64,000 nucleotides of DNA from the human T2T-CHM13v2.0 reference genome, Homo sapiens. A program made the position numbers and the translations under genes. Under the pieces are notes generated by a model. The model was not told the origin of the DNA, did no database searches, and saw only the letters and a list, made by a program, of their open reading frames with translations. Position 1 is the first letter of the stretch. Each line of letters begins with the position of its first letter. The stretch is taken from the NCBI RefSeq assembly GCF_009914755.1, contig NC_060926.1; one strand, given 5' to 3'. Positions 43,601 through 57,299 of the stretch are shown here, in pieces.

Positions 43601-46480
43601 AATGGAGCTCTTGGAGTCATAAAACAAGTTTTTCTTGACCTATGAAAAGACTTAGATGGTGGCACAATAATAGTGGGAGGCTTCAACACCCTACTGACGG
43701 TGTAAGACAGATTATGAAGGCAGAAAACTAATGAAGAAATTCTGTACTTCAACTAAACATTTGACCAATTGGACCTAATAGATATCTAAGAATACTTCAC
43801 CTAACCACCATGGAATATATATTCTTCTCACCTGCACACAGAACATATTCTAAGATCAACTATATGCTAAGTCATAAAGCAAGTCTCAATTTTAAAAAAT
43901 CAAAAAATATTAAGCACTCTCTTGGACCACAGTGGAATAAACACAGAAATCAATACCAAGAACATCTGTCAAAATTATACAAGTACATGGAAATGAAACA
44001 ACTTACTCCTAAATGACTCTTGGGTAGACAATGAAATTATGACACAAATTAAAAAAATCTTTGAAATTAATGAAAATGAAACACAATATACCAAAATCTT
44101 TGAGATGCAGCTAAAGCAGGGTGAGAAGGGAAGTTTATAGTGATAAACACATACATCAACATGTTACAAAGGTCTCAAATTCACAGTCTAACATCATACC
44201 TAGTAGAACTAGAAACCAAAGAACAAATCAACCCCCAAACTAGCAGAAGAAAAGAAACGACTAAAGTCAGAGAAGAACAGAGCAAAATTAAGTTGCAAAA
44301 TTCTGTACAAAAGATAATGAAACCAACAGCTGTTTCTTTTAAAGAGTAAACAAAATTGATAGACTACTAGCTAGATTAACGAAGAAAAAAAGAGAGAATA
44401 TCCAAATAGGCACAATCAGAGATGACATTACTACTGATCTCCCAGAAATAAAAAGAAACTGAAAGACTATTATGACTATTTCTATGCACACAAATTAGAA
44501 AATCTAGAGGAAATGGATAAATTCCTGGAAACACACATCCTCTCAAGATTGAACTAGGAAGAAAGTGAAAACATGAAAAGACCAATAATGAATTTTGAAA
44601 TTGAATCAGTAATAAAGGAAAACTACCAATCATAAAAAGCTCTAGACCAGATGGTTTCACAGCCAAATTCTACCAGATGTAAAAAGAAGAACTGTTACCA
44701 ATCCTACTGAAAATATTCCCAGAAATTGAGGATAAGAGTCTCTTCCCTAACTCATTCTATAAATCCAGTATCATCTTGTTACCAAAATCTGGCAAAGACA
44801 CAATAAAAAGAGAAAATTCATGCCAATATCCCAGATGAAAATAGATGCAAAAATCCTGAACAAAATACTAGTAAACCAAATCCAGCAGTATATCAAAAAG
44901 TTAATTCATCATGATCAAATAGGCTTCATTCCATGGATACAAGATGAGTTCCAAACATGCAAATCAATAAATGTGATTCATCACATAAACAGAATTAAAA
45001 ACTAAAACCATATGATCATCTCAAAAATGCAGGGAAGGTTTTCAACAAAATCCAACATCCCTTTTGATAAAAACTCTCAATAAAGTAGGCATTGAAGGAA
45101 TATACCTCACAATAATTAGAGCCATCTATCACAAACCCATAGCCAACATCATGTTGAATGGGCAAAAGCGGGAACAATTCCCTTTGAGAACTGGAAGAAG
45201 ACAATGATCCCTACTCTCACCACTACTATTAAACGTCATAATGGAAATCCTAGTGAGAACAATCAGGCAAGAGGAAGAATGAAAAAAAATCCAAATGTGA
45301 AAAGAAGAAGTCAAACTATCTCTCTTTACCAATGATATGATTATATACCTAGAAAACTCTAAAGACTCTGCCAAAAGGCTCCTAGAACTGATAAACAACT
45401 TCAGTAAAGTTTCAGGATACAAAATCAATGTACAAAAATGAGTAGCATTTCTATACACAAACAAAATCCAAGTGAGAGCCAAATCAAGAATACAATCCCA
45501 TTTACAATAGCCACAGACACACACAAAAAAGTACCTAGGAATACGTCTAGCCAAGGAGGTGAAAGACATGTATAACAACTATAAAACACTGCTGGAAGAC
45601 ATCAGAGACAGCAAAAAGAAATGGAAAAACATCCCATGCTTATGGATTGGAAGAATCAATGTTAAAATGTTCATACTGCCCAAAGCAATTTACAGATTCA
45701 ATGCTATTCCTATCAAACTACCAATGTCATTTTTCACATAATTAGACAAAAAATTCTAAATTTAAAAAATTCTAAATTTAACATGGAACCAAAAGAGAGC
45801 CCCATAGCCAAAACAATCCTAAGCAGAAAGAACAAAGCTGGAGGCATCACATAACCCAACTTCAAACTGTACTACAAGGCTACAATAACACAAACAGCAG
45901 GGTACTCATACAAAAACAGGAACATAACCAATGAAACAGAATAGAAATCCCAGAAATAAAGCGGTATGCCTACAACCACTTAATTTTTGACAGACTCAAC
46001 TAAAATAAGTAATGGGGAAAAGACAGTGCTGGGATAACTGGCTATCCATATGGAGAAGAATGAAACTGGACCCCTACCCATGACTGTATACCAAAATTAA
46101 CTCAAGATGGTTGAAAGACTTAAATGTAAGTCTTCAAAACATAAAAATCCTGGGAGAAGACCTAAAAAATACCCATCTCAATTTTGGCCTCGGTAAATAA
46201 TTTATGGGTAAGTCCTCAAAAGCGATTGCAACAAAACAAAAATTGATTAAGTGGGACCCAATTAAACCAAAGTGCTTCTGCACAGCAAGAGAAACTGTCA
46301 ACAGAGTAAACAACCTACAATATAGAAGGAAGTATTCACAAACTATGCATCCAACAAAGGTCTAATATCCAGAATCTGTAAGAAACTTAAACAAATCAAC
46401 AAACAAAAAACATCATTAAAACTGGGCAAATAACATGAAAAGACATGTCTCAAAAGAAGACATATACACGCCAACAAAGA
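40608..46480 (+). mobile_element. LINE-1, L1PA15/16- or L1PB-like; 5'UTR, ORF1 and most of ORF2, 3' end missing
   Basis: 5' end 'gagggagacaagatggctgactag'; ORF1 start ATG-TAA at 42198; ORF2 start 'atgacaggatcaaaatctcac' near 43255; many stops; homology ends near 46480. Confidence 0.92.
42012..42188 (+). pseudogene. ATP6: NUMT: fragment of mitochondrial ATP synthase subunit a (about residues 44-102)
   Basis: Vertebrate mitochondrial-code translation from 42013: [58 protein letters not shown]; TGA at conserved Trp positions (42025, 42085); G-poor strand composition. Confidence 0.95.
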
Positions 46481-47359
46481 TGACTAATTTGATACATAAT
46501 GCACTAAGAAAGTAATTAAGGGGGTGGAGGGGACAGGAGAGATAGTGTGGGTTTCAAATGCCATGCAAAGGAGCAGTGGAGAGAAGTGTGCAGAGACCAC
46601 TTCAACATCTGAAGGATGTGCTACTCACAGACATGGGGACACACTAGTGTCCTCTGGGCGCTGTGGAGAAAATTGTTACCAGTTTATGTCATATATTGAT
46701 TTAGCATATATGATTTTAAAATAACCTGAACTTAAAACTATATCAGTATGATAAATCATAATGAATGGGGAGTAATTTCCTTAGTGATGGCCTGAATGGA
46801 GCAACTGGAATCAGCTGGGAAAGATAGAGAACTATCAGTGCTCCTACCATTGAAAAAGCAAATAGAATCAATGTGATGAGGTTGCTCCATAAGGCAGAGA
46901 ATGATTATAATAAAAGACTAGAAGGAGAAAAAAGAGAAAGGGGAGGAAATGACGAGGAGAAGAAAGAGGAAGCAGAGAGACATAGATGATTTTTGAAAGA
47001 GTTAAATAAAGTGTGGTAGAATTTTGTAAAATACCACAGTGAACAATAATGTGGCAATTAAATACTGTGATTTTGTTCATCAACTTAGAATGTATACGCA
47101 TAGTGAAGGATAGAAAAGGAGTCATAGGTTTGTTAAGACTTAAGCTGTTACACACTTTTAATTCAAGGCAGTGCATATTTATTGAATAGTTACTCTGTGG
47201 GGAACCCTTTAGGTACTATGCGGGTGACAAAAAGTAGATTGCAATCTAGGATTTAGAAAGACTATTTGTTGCTTTTTAAAAATTTTATGTTATGTGATTT
47301 GTTAATTTGAGTTTAAAATAATTACTTGTTTTCTTTTTGTGTATAAAACATATTCATAT

Positions 47360-48580
47360 AAATCACTTGATGTATATTTTTCAGTGTTGATCTTACTTGG
47401 TTTCTCAGTAGGAATACAAATTGATCACTCCCTCTTTATTAAAATACTCTCTCCTCTTGCCTTCCATTGTGCAAAAAATACTTGGTTTTCCTTTTTGTTC
47501 TATATCTCCTTTGACAGTTTATTCTTTTCTTTCTCTCCAGTAAATGTTGTTTTTCCATGTTCATTCTGAGGTCTTCTTCCCACTTTCTGTAAATGATCTC
47601 ATTCAATCTTGTGGACTCAATGACCAACTGAAAAAAAAAGGATTAAATGCATTTTGATCTCCAATTTAGACCTTTTTCTACTGAGCTACTTGTAACTGAA
47701 GTTACAAGTAAGAAGTTAACTAACTTCCGTACTTGCATGTCTCAGCAAGGGCACTTCTGATTAAAAATATCCCAAAGTAAAGTCACGAGAGCCCATCTTC
47801 TCATCCCTTATCTCCTCAAAACAAACAAACAAACAGACAAAAAAGCAAAACAAAAGCAAAGTCACATACACAAACAATAATTCTCCCTTCAAAAAACTCT
47901 ACAAAATTTAGTCCTCTTCTAATCTAATCTCTCCTGCTTCAGTGAATGGTACCACCATCCTTTAGGTTATGGAATCCAGAAATATGGAAATTACACATAA
48001 CATTACCTTATTCCTTATCCACCTCTTACCCAGGTCCAACTTTTAATCAACTACTTTGACATTTATCTCCTAAACATCACTTGATATCCTCTTCACTTCC
48101 AGGACCATCATACTAATTTAACTCACTATCTTATCCCACCTATTCTAAGACTTTAGCCTCTTAACTATTCTACCATTTCACACTGGCCCCTTTTCCATCT
48201 CCAATCTTTCTCCATTCTCTAGCCTGAGAACTCTTTTCAAAATGTAAATCTAATCCCATCTTATCTCTACTTAATACCTGTCACTGGCTTCCCAGTGCTT
48301 TTAGAATGAAGATCAAAATCTTCAACATGGCTGGCAAGGTCTTGCATGGCCTGGCCCTTGCTTTGCTCTCCATCTTGATCTCCTTCCAGTCTGCCCTGCA
48401 TCCACTGCTGGATTTCTCCAGGAAACACAAATGAACTCATGACAAATTAATTCATTCTCACATCAAGGCCTTTGCAATCATTGTTTCCTCAGCATGAAAT
48501 GCTCTCCCCTCAGAGCTTTGATGATTAACTCCTTTCGCTATCCAGGCCTCAGGTGAAATATTACCTGTTCAGAGAGGCCA
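47360..48580 (+). mobile_element. L2 (L2a/b-like) long fragment
   Basis: 'ttgatcactccctctttattaaaatactctctcctcttg', 'cagtgaatggtaccaccatcc', 'ttttcaaaatgtaaatctaatc', 'caaggcctttgca'. Confidence 0.75.
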
Positions 48581-48622
48581 TGACCTGCCACCCATGACCT
48601 GCCACTCATGACCTGCCACCAT
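48579..48622. repeat. 14-bp tandem repeat, 3 copies
   Basis: Unit catgacctgccac(c/t). Confidence 0.95.
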
Positions 48623-48854
48623 ATTACTCTATTGCTCTGATTCTTTTTTGTTTCCAATATTTTTATTTCATCAAAATTTATGAATAATATAATCAAGATT
48701 ATAGCTGATGAGTCATTAAATTATTTTGATATTATGTGATTTCTTTTATACAATTTTTATTGATGTTCTTACCACAAATAAATGATAAATGCATGAGGTG
48801 GTACATGTGATACATACCTTGCTTTGATCATTATTGCTGTGACTTTTGTAGCCC

Positions 48855-49015
48855 TAAACCAGCATTATTAGCAGTACTAGGGAACTTGCTAAAAATGAAA
48901 ATACTCAGGCCCCACCCTAGACCTATTGAATCAAGAACTCTGAATTAAAACAATCTCTGCTTTAATCAGTGCTTCAGGTGATGATGACACATGCTCAATT
49001 TGAGAATTGCTGCTT
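48855..49015. mobile_element. MER5A-like hAT MITE
   Basis: 'gggaacttgctaaaaatgaaaatactcaggccccaccctagacctattgaatca...tttgagaattgctg'. Confidence 0.8.
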
Positions 49016-49089
49016 TGTTGTGTCTTCTTCAATGTACTCATCAGGACTTTATTTTATATATTTTGGGGAGGAGAATGCATACTCTTTTT

Positions 49090-49996
<907 letters not shown>

Positions 49997-50274
49997 TGAA
50001 CTGCAACCACATTTTAGGACATCTCCCAGGAAGGCTGTAAGAATCTGGCTAATGAAAGCTGCAGAATAGAAGCTGTTTTCAGATAGGGGCCAATCATGGT
50101 CCAGATTGCATGGCTACCCTATTGGATATATCTCCCAATTGTGCAGACAGGACTTTATTTGAGATGGACAAAAGACTCCTCTGAGGAGCTGTTGATCTTT
50201 AGACTCTTGAATCTCATGCTTTAAAGCATCACCAAGTATTACAAATGATACAATACTCATGCTCACACAAATAC

Positions 50275-50510
50275 ATGCAAATATTTATTAAGAAATTGTT
50301 ATGTGTCAGGCTCTGGCATAAGTACTTTACATACATTGTCTGATTTAATCATCAAATAACTCTCTGAAGGAGAGTATTGTTATTAGCACAACTTTATATC
50401 ATGGCAGACTGATGTGCTGAAATGTTACATGATTGCCCAAGATCGCACAGTTTACAAATCAGAAAGTAAGGACTGACTCCAGGAGTGACTTTAGAGCTTA
50501 TACTCTTCCA
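50275..50510 (-). mobile_element. MIR SINE
   Basis: 'atgtgtcaggctctggcataagtactttacatac...ttgcccaagatcgcacag'. Confidence 0.7.
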
Positions 50511-53500
50511 TTTACTGTTTTTGCAGACATTGTAGGGATTTCTTTCTTAAGAATCTAAATATGTGAGTCAGAGTATTTAGACATACTTGACTTATATCAC
50601 TGGGGGCTGAGCTAATCATGCTAGGTCCTCAATACAGATCTACAGGCAGCCAGGACAGCACTAAGATGTCCTGGCTTTCTTTTAGTAACTTCATGCTTTT
50701 GCATCAAAAAAGAGCCAAGAGAGTGCATAGGGAACTCCATGCTGTGAGGCTGGAGTTGGAGTCAGGATCCTTTAGCCCTTGAGTAGTGCCAGGGATTTAT
50801 ATTAGCCTTTGCTAGAATACCACATACTTTAAGGAGGCTTATTTTAGTCAGAAATACAATGTTGCAAGGATATCCCAGTTCTCCCAACTTTAGGTGGCTT
50901 AATATCTTCTATGCAGTTTAAAAATTGTTCTTTAAAGAGTCTCACATAATCTGGTTAAAAGCTGAGTGAAGAGAAGCTTGGATCAGGTTGTTATGCTGGA
51001 ATTGATCACTCAAGTTGATCCTCAATTTGAAGACCCATTATGGAATTATAAAGCATACTGTAGGTCATGACAGAGATCTTTGGGCCTCTCAGTGACACTT
51101 TTAGCCTTTTCCTTCGATCATCGTTGGGGCATTTCACTACCTCTTTCCTTCACAGCTACCCAGACCTAGGAGGTATTTCAGGGAAATTGGAGATGCATGC
51201 ATGCTTAAAAAAATGGGCTTGTCCACTTGGCTCATGTCTGAAACTCCTCCAACTTCAAGGGAGAAGATGAAGTAGGAGGAGAAGAGGTCTTAGGGATGAG
51301 GGGAACTTGGAACGAGGACATTAGAGATGCTGGGAGCACAGGATTGCAGCATATTAACAATCTGGCTCACTTGCAGTTTTGTGCCATTGACAATTTATCC
51401 CTCAGATAGTGAACTGTATATTGATTTTTAAGTGGAGCTCTGTTTTAATAGCCATAGGAGAAAAGTCTCTGAAGAAAATAAATATTACCATGCCTTTTGT
51501 AGGTGTCAGAGAAGCTTATCTCAGTGACTTGTTTAGAGTGGAAATAAAGGTGCTTTCATTTTTATCAGAGTGAATTTTTATAAACCTAGTTAGTCACTTG
51601 CCTTGTGTTGACCTCAGCACCTAGCAATGATTCAAGTGAGTTGATTTCCCTCTCAACTCCTTCTTTTGTTACCTCTCCAAATAATGGGGGTGATATGAGA
51701 ATAAATAAATAGCACTATAGGGAAAAATGCTATAAGCAGCTCTCACCTGTCAAACTTAAGATACGACTATATGCCACTAAGTCCATGCCACTTATTTAAT
51801 CACTTTTAATAGGTATCTGAGCACATTGTAATGGCTTATCTGTGCCAATGGTGTAACTCGAGAGAATGAGTTAAAAATAGCACATGGGCAATTATGCAAC
51901 CTTCACTGGACTGTGCATATTATCCTCAAATTGCCCTGACAGCATGCTGTCCTGGAACGATTCCAGAGAAGTCATTTCTTTGCACTCTCTGCCATCAGAA
52001 CATCCCAGGGAAGTGTGATTTCAGGTTCTGGTAACATGATACTGCTACCGTTATACAAGGCTCAGAGCTAGTGGGACTAGAGATAAGGTAATCAAAAACA
52101 AATACAAAATGTACTTAATTCATTAAAAAGGTGAATCTTTCTAGAACATGCAGGGCTTTACTTTTACACTACTCAACTTTAAGGGAAAAGATACTAAAAA
52201 CACTTACATCCATGTTATAGATGAATAATTGTGTCAAATGATTCGAATATTATGTTTCCAATTTCATAAATTCAGAGAAGGTCTTAAGCCTGGAGTAGAA
52301 TGAACTCTGATATTCACTCCAATTTTTCAGACCAAGGAGCTAGAGGCCACAAATAGCTCCAAATTCTCTCTGGCTCAGTGAGCTGCTTGCATTTAATAAA
52401 TGTTCAGTATTAAAAGCATCCAAATGTGTGCTGATCCGAAACAAACCCAACATGCCTGTTTCTAATCTTTACCTTTTGCTTCCCACAGTGACTTGAGTGA
52501 TTTTTGCTTTCTTGGCTTTCTGTCTCAGACAAAGCTGGCACTGACCAAAAGCTCATCAGAACTGGTCAGAGCACAAGAAACTCTCCCAATTTTCCTCATT
52601 TTCTCAATCTGTGAAATGAGACACACATTTGAGTATAGGATTTTAACCACTGAAAGTCTGAAATGTCTAACTATCCCTTTTTTCTCTACCCTTAAAAATT
52701 CATGAGTGACTTTATGCCTCATCTATCTATAATGCATACATTTGAAGTTAATCCATTGATTCCTAAACACCTTTATTAAGGTACAATTTGCATACTGAAA
52801 TATTCACCCTTTTTAAGTGTACAATTGAATGATTTCTTAGAGAGTTGTGCAATCATCCCCAGAATCTTAGAATAATTTTGTTGCTCCAAAAATATCTTCC
52901 ATGCCTATTTGAATCATCTTGGCATCTTTCTAGAAAATCAGTTGAATATAAATGTAAGCATTAATTTCTGGACTCCCAATTTCATTTCTTTGATCTATAT
53001 GTCTGTCCTCAAGTCAGTGCCACATTATCTTGATTCCAATAGCTTTGTAGCAGATGTTGAATTCAGGATGTGTGAATTCTTAAATTTCTTCATTTTCAAG
53101 ATTGTTTTGGTTATTCTGGGTTCCTTGCAATTAGACATGAATATTAGGATTAGCTTGTCAATTTTTACAAAAAAAGAAAAAAAAAGCAGCTGAGATTTTG
53201 ACTGGGATTGCATTTAACTATTTGGGGGAGTATTGTCATGTTAACATTGTCTTCCGATCTATGAACATTGGATGTTTTCCCATTTATTTAGGTCTTCAAA
53301 TTCTTTCTATGATATTTTGTACTTTTCAGTGTACAAACATTATTCTTTTTTTATTAAATGTATTTCTAAATATTTTATTCTTTTTGAAGTTATTGTAAAT
53401 GTAATTGATTTATAATATAATTATTAGATTGTTGCTAGTATATGGAAATACAGTTGTGTTTGTACATTGATTGCGTACCCTATAAACTTGCTCAACCAAT

Positions 53501-53514
53501 TTATTAATTATAAT

Positions 53515-54204
53515 TGTTGGAGAAGGTAGCTAGGCAGATATGAGCAGGGCAGGAGAAGCCCACCCCCACCAACCAGGAATTTCAGGTGGCCATCAGGTGA
53601 TCGTTAGGTGCTTGTTAAACTGACTCACTAAAAAAAAATTGTTTGCAGCTGGCACCAGGGGAAGCACGCTTCCAATAATAGAAAACACCTGAAGCTGGTG
53701 ATGGCTGCTTCCTGATAAGATTTCAGGAATTGGGCAAGCAGGCTTGAGCATGCACACCGAGAAGCAAAATGGCAGAGTTTAACTGGTATATGACCTTCCT
53801 CTGGAAACACTTGACTGGTAAGGGAAAAATGCCTCAAATGAACATGTGCACAACTTCAGTAGACACCTGCGCATGTGGCCCCTCCCTAGTTTTGGCAAGC
53901 CACTGTGCATGTAGACAGCCTGCCTAAGGAAAAATCAAGGGAGAAGAAATGCAGTGTATAAAAACCTTAAGTCAAGGGCCAAACAGCACACTTGGCTCGA
54001 TCTCGAGTTACTCGCTTGGCCCCTTTCCAAGTGTACTTTACTTCTTTTCGTTCCTGTTCTAAAACTTTTTAATAGACTTTCACTCCTGCTCTAAAACTCA
54101 CCTTGGTCTCTCACCCTGCCTTATGCCCCTCAGCATAATTCTTTCTTCTGAGGAGGCAAGAATCGAGTTGCTGCAGGCCTGGATAGATTTTTAAACAGCT
54201 AACG
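53515..54204 (+). mobile_element. ERV1 solo LTR, MER50-like
   Basis: 'tgttggagaaggtagctaggcagatatgagcagggcagga'; TATA-like 'tataaaa'; perfect 4-bp TSD taat. Confidence 0.85.
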
Positions 54205-56386
54205 TAATGTTTTGTGGACTTCTTTTAATTTTCTATGTAGAAGATCATGTCATCTACAAAAAAGATAATTTCACTTCTTCCTTTCCAATTTTATGTATTA
54301 TTCTGACCCAATTTCCCTGAGTATGACTTACAGTATAATGTTAGATAGAAATGGCAAGAGAGTGAACAGATTTGTCTTGTTCTTGATTATAAGGAGAAAG
54401 CTTTGTCTTTCACCATTAAGCATGGTGCTAGCTGTAGGTATTTTATAGATGTTCTTTACCAGGTTAAGGAAGTTTCCTTCTGTTTTTTTAAATGGTTTTC
54501 TTTTTAAATGAAGGTGTGTTGGGTTTTAACAAGGATTTTCCTGCATTTATGGAGATTATATGGTTTTTGTGTTTTATTCTATTGGTATGTTGTGTTACAT
54601 AGATTGATGTTTTGATTTTGAATCAATCTTATATTCTTGGGATAAATCCCTCTTGGTTATGGTGGATATTCCTTTCTATATGTTTCTAAATTTAATTTAC
54701 TAGTAATTTGCTGAAAAGTTTTGCTTTTATTTTCATAATGGTTATTAGTTTGTGGTTTTCTTTTATTTTAATGTCTTTTGTTTTGGTAATTCTGTCCTCA
54801 TATGATGAGTTGAAAATTGTTCCTTCCTTTTCTATTTTTTGGAAGAGTTTATGAAGTATCTGTTTTAATTCCTCTTTATGTATTTGCAAGGGTTCACCAG
54901 TGAAACATTATGGGCCTGAGATTTTCATTGTGGTAAAGTTTTAAATTACAAATTTAACCTCTTAATTTGTTATTGGTCTATTCAGATTTTCTTTTTTATC
55001 CTGAGTTAATTTTGGTAGTTTCTGTTATTTCAGAAATTTGTCTATTTCATCTAAGTTATCAAATTTCTTGTTGTACAGTTTATAGTACTCCTTTTTAATC
55101 CTTTTTATTTCCATGAGATCAAAAATGACATCTTTCTTTCACTTCTGACTTTAGTAATATGCATTCTCTCTCTCTCTTATTAGTCAGTTTAGGTAAAGGT
55201 TTTTCAATTTTGCTGACCTTTTCAAAGATCTAACTTTTTGTTTCATTGATTTTTCTGTATTGTTTTTCTATTCTCTGTTTTATTTATTTGTTTGTTATTT
55301 CCTTTTTTTCTATTGCTTTGGGTTTAGTTGGTTCTTCTTTTTCAAGTTACTTAAGGTGGAAGTTTAGATTATTAATTGAAGTCTTTCTTCTTTTTGTAAT
55401 ACAGTATTGGTGTTTATAGCCATAAATTTCTCTCTGAGAATTGCTTTTGCTGCATTTCATAAGTTTGGTATATTGTGTTTCATTTTAATTCATTTCGAAA
55501 CTTAACTAATTTCCCTTGTGATTTTTTTTCTGTGATCCATTAGTTATTTAGGCATTTGTTATTTTATTTCTATGTAATTTTGAATTTCACATCTTTTCTT
55601 GTTATTGATTTATAACTTTATTCTGTTGTTGTCAAATAACATAGTTTGTGTAATTGCAATTCTTTTAAATTTATGGAGATTTGCTTTATGGCCTAGCATA
55701 TGATCAGTCTTGGAGAATGTTCCATGTGTGCTTAAGAAACATAAATTTTATGGCTTTTGGGTGGATGTCTACTATGTCTAGTTGCTTTAAAGAGCTGTTG
55801 AAGTTCTATATTTCCTTGCTGATCTTCTGAATAGTTGCTCTATCCATTATTGAAAGTAAGGTCTCCTATTATGATTGTTGAAACTTATATATTTTTTTTA
55901 CATTCTGTTCAGGTTTGCTTCATGTATCTGAGGCTCTGTTGTTAGGTGTATATATGTTTATGATTGTTATGTCTTCCTGATGGATTGATCCTTTTTTATT
56001 ATGACATTTTTTATTAACATTTTTTTAAAACTCTAATTTGTCTGATATTAGCATAGCTATTCCTGCTCTCTTTTGGTTGCTATTCACATGGCATATCTTT
56101 CCCATCATTTTGCTTTCAATTTACTTGTATTTTTGAATCTAAAATACGTTTGCTGTGGACAATACATGGTTGAATTTTAAAAAAATTATGTCTAATAATT
56201 TGTTGTTTTGATAGGATTAATTCTTTCAAATTTAATGTTATTGTTATGGTTTTATTTATGTCTGCCATTTTTGTTTTTGCTGTCTATATGTTTGTCATTT
56301 TAGTTTCTTTATTCTTTACTATCTTCTTTTGCATTAGCTGTATATTTTCTAGTGTAACATTTCAATTCCTTTAATGATATTTTAAC

Positions 56387-56858
56387 CATGGTAGGCAAAA
56401 TAATGATCCACAAATGATGCCCATGTCTGAATGCCCAGAACCTGTGAATATATTACCTAGCATGGCAAAAGGGGCTTTGCATGTGTGATTAAGAATTTTG
56501 AGATGGGGAGACTACCCTGTCTTATCTGAGTCACTCCAATGTAATCACAAGGCTAATTATAAGGGAAAGAGGGAGGCAGGAAAGTAAAAAAAAAAAAAAA
56601 ACATACTGCGAGTGAGATGTTAGAATGATGCATTTGCTGGCTTGAAAGGGGAGTGTAGTCTCTGAAAGCTAGAAAAGGCAAGAAAACAGATCTTCCTGCT
56701 AGAGCCTCCAAGGGGAACACAATTCTGTTTACTTCTTGATTTTACCCATTGAAACCTCTTCAGATTTATGACCTCCAAAACTGTAAGATCATAAATTTGT
56801 CTTGTTTTAAGCAATTAAGTTTGTGGCAATTTCTTAAAGCATCAATGAGAAACTAATA
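56387..56858 (+). mobile_element. MLT1C/D-like MaLR solo LTR
   Basis: 'gaacctgtgaatatattacc...catggcaaaagggg', 'aagctagaaaaggcaagaaaacaga'; TSD ttaac / ttgac. Confidence 0.85.
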
Positions 56859-57150
56859 TTGACATTTTTTGAGTTATTTTCTTAGTGCTTATTCTAGGAC
56901 TTTCAATATACATCTTATCAGAATTAACTTCAGGTTTATACTACTCAATTCAAGTGAGATACAAAAGATTTTCTTCTGTATATCTCATTCCCTCTCATTC
57001 TTTTCTGCATGTTATTACTATTTTGCATATTATGTTTATGTATGCTAGAAACCCAACCCTACATTATTATGCTTATTATTTTATATAATTTTATTTTTAA
57101 AAGCTGGAAGAAGAATGAAGAGTGAATTAGTCTGTTCTTGCACTGCTATA

Positions 57151-57299
57151 GGGTGGCTCACGCCTGTAGTCCTAGCACTTTGGGAGGTCGAGGCTGGTGG
57201 ATCACGAGGTCAGGAAATTGAGACCATCCTGGCTAACATGGTGTAACTCCGTCTCTACTAAAGATACAAAAAACTAGCTGGGCATGGTGGCGGGTGCCT
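57151..57299 (+). mobile_element. AluY-like left arm only, truncated at both ends
   Basis: 'ggatcacgaggtcagga...gagaccatcctggctaac'; ends at 'ggcgggtgcct'. Confidence 0.88.
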
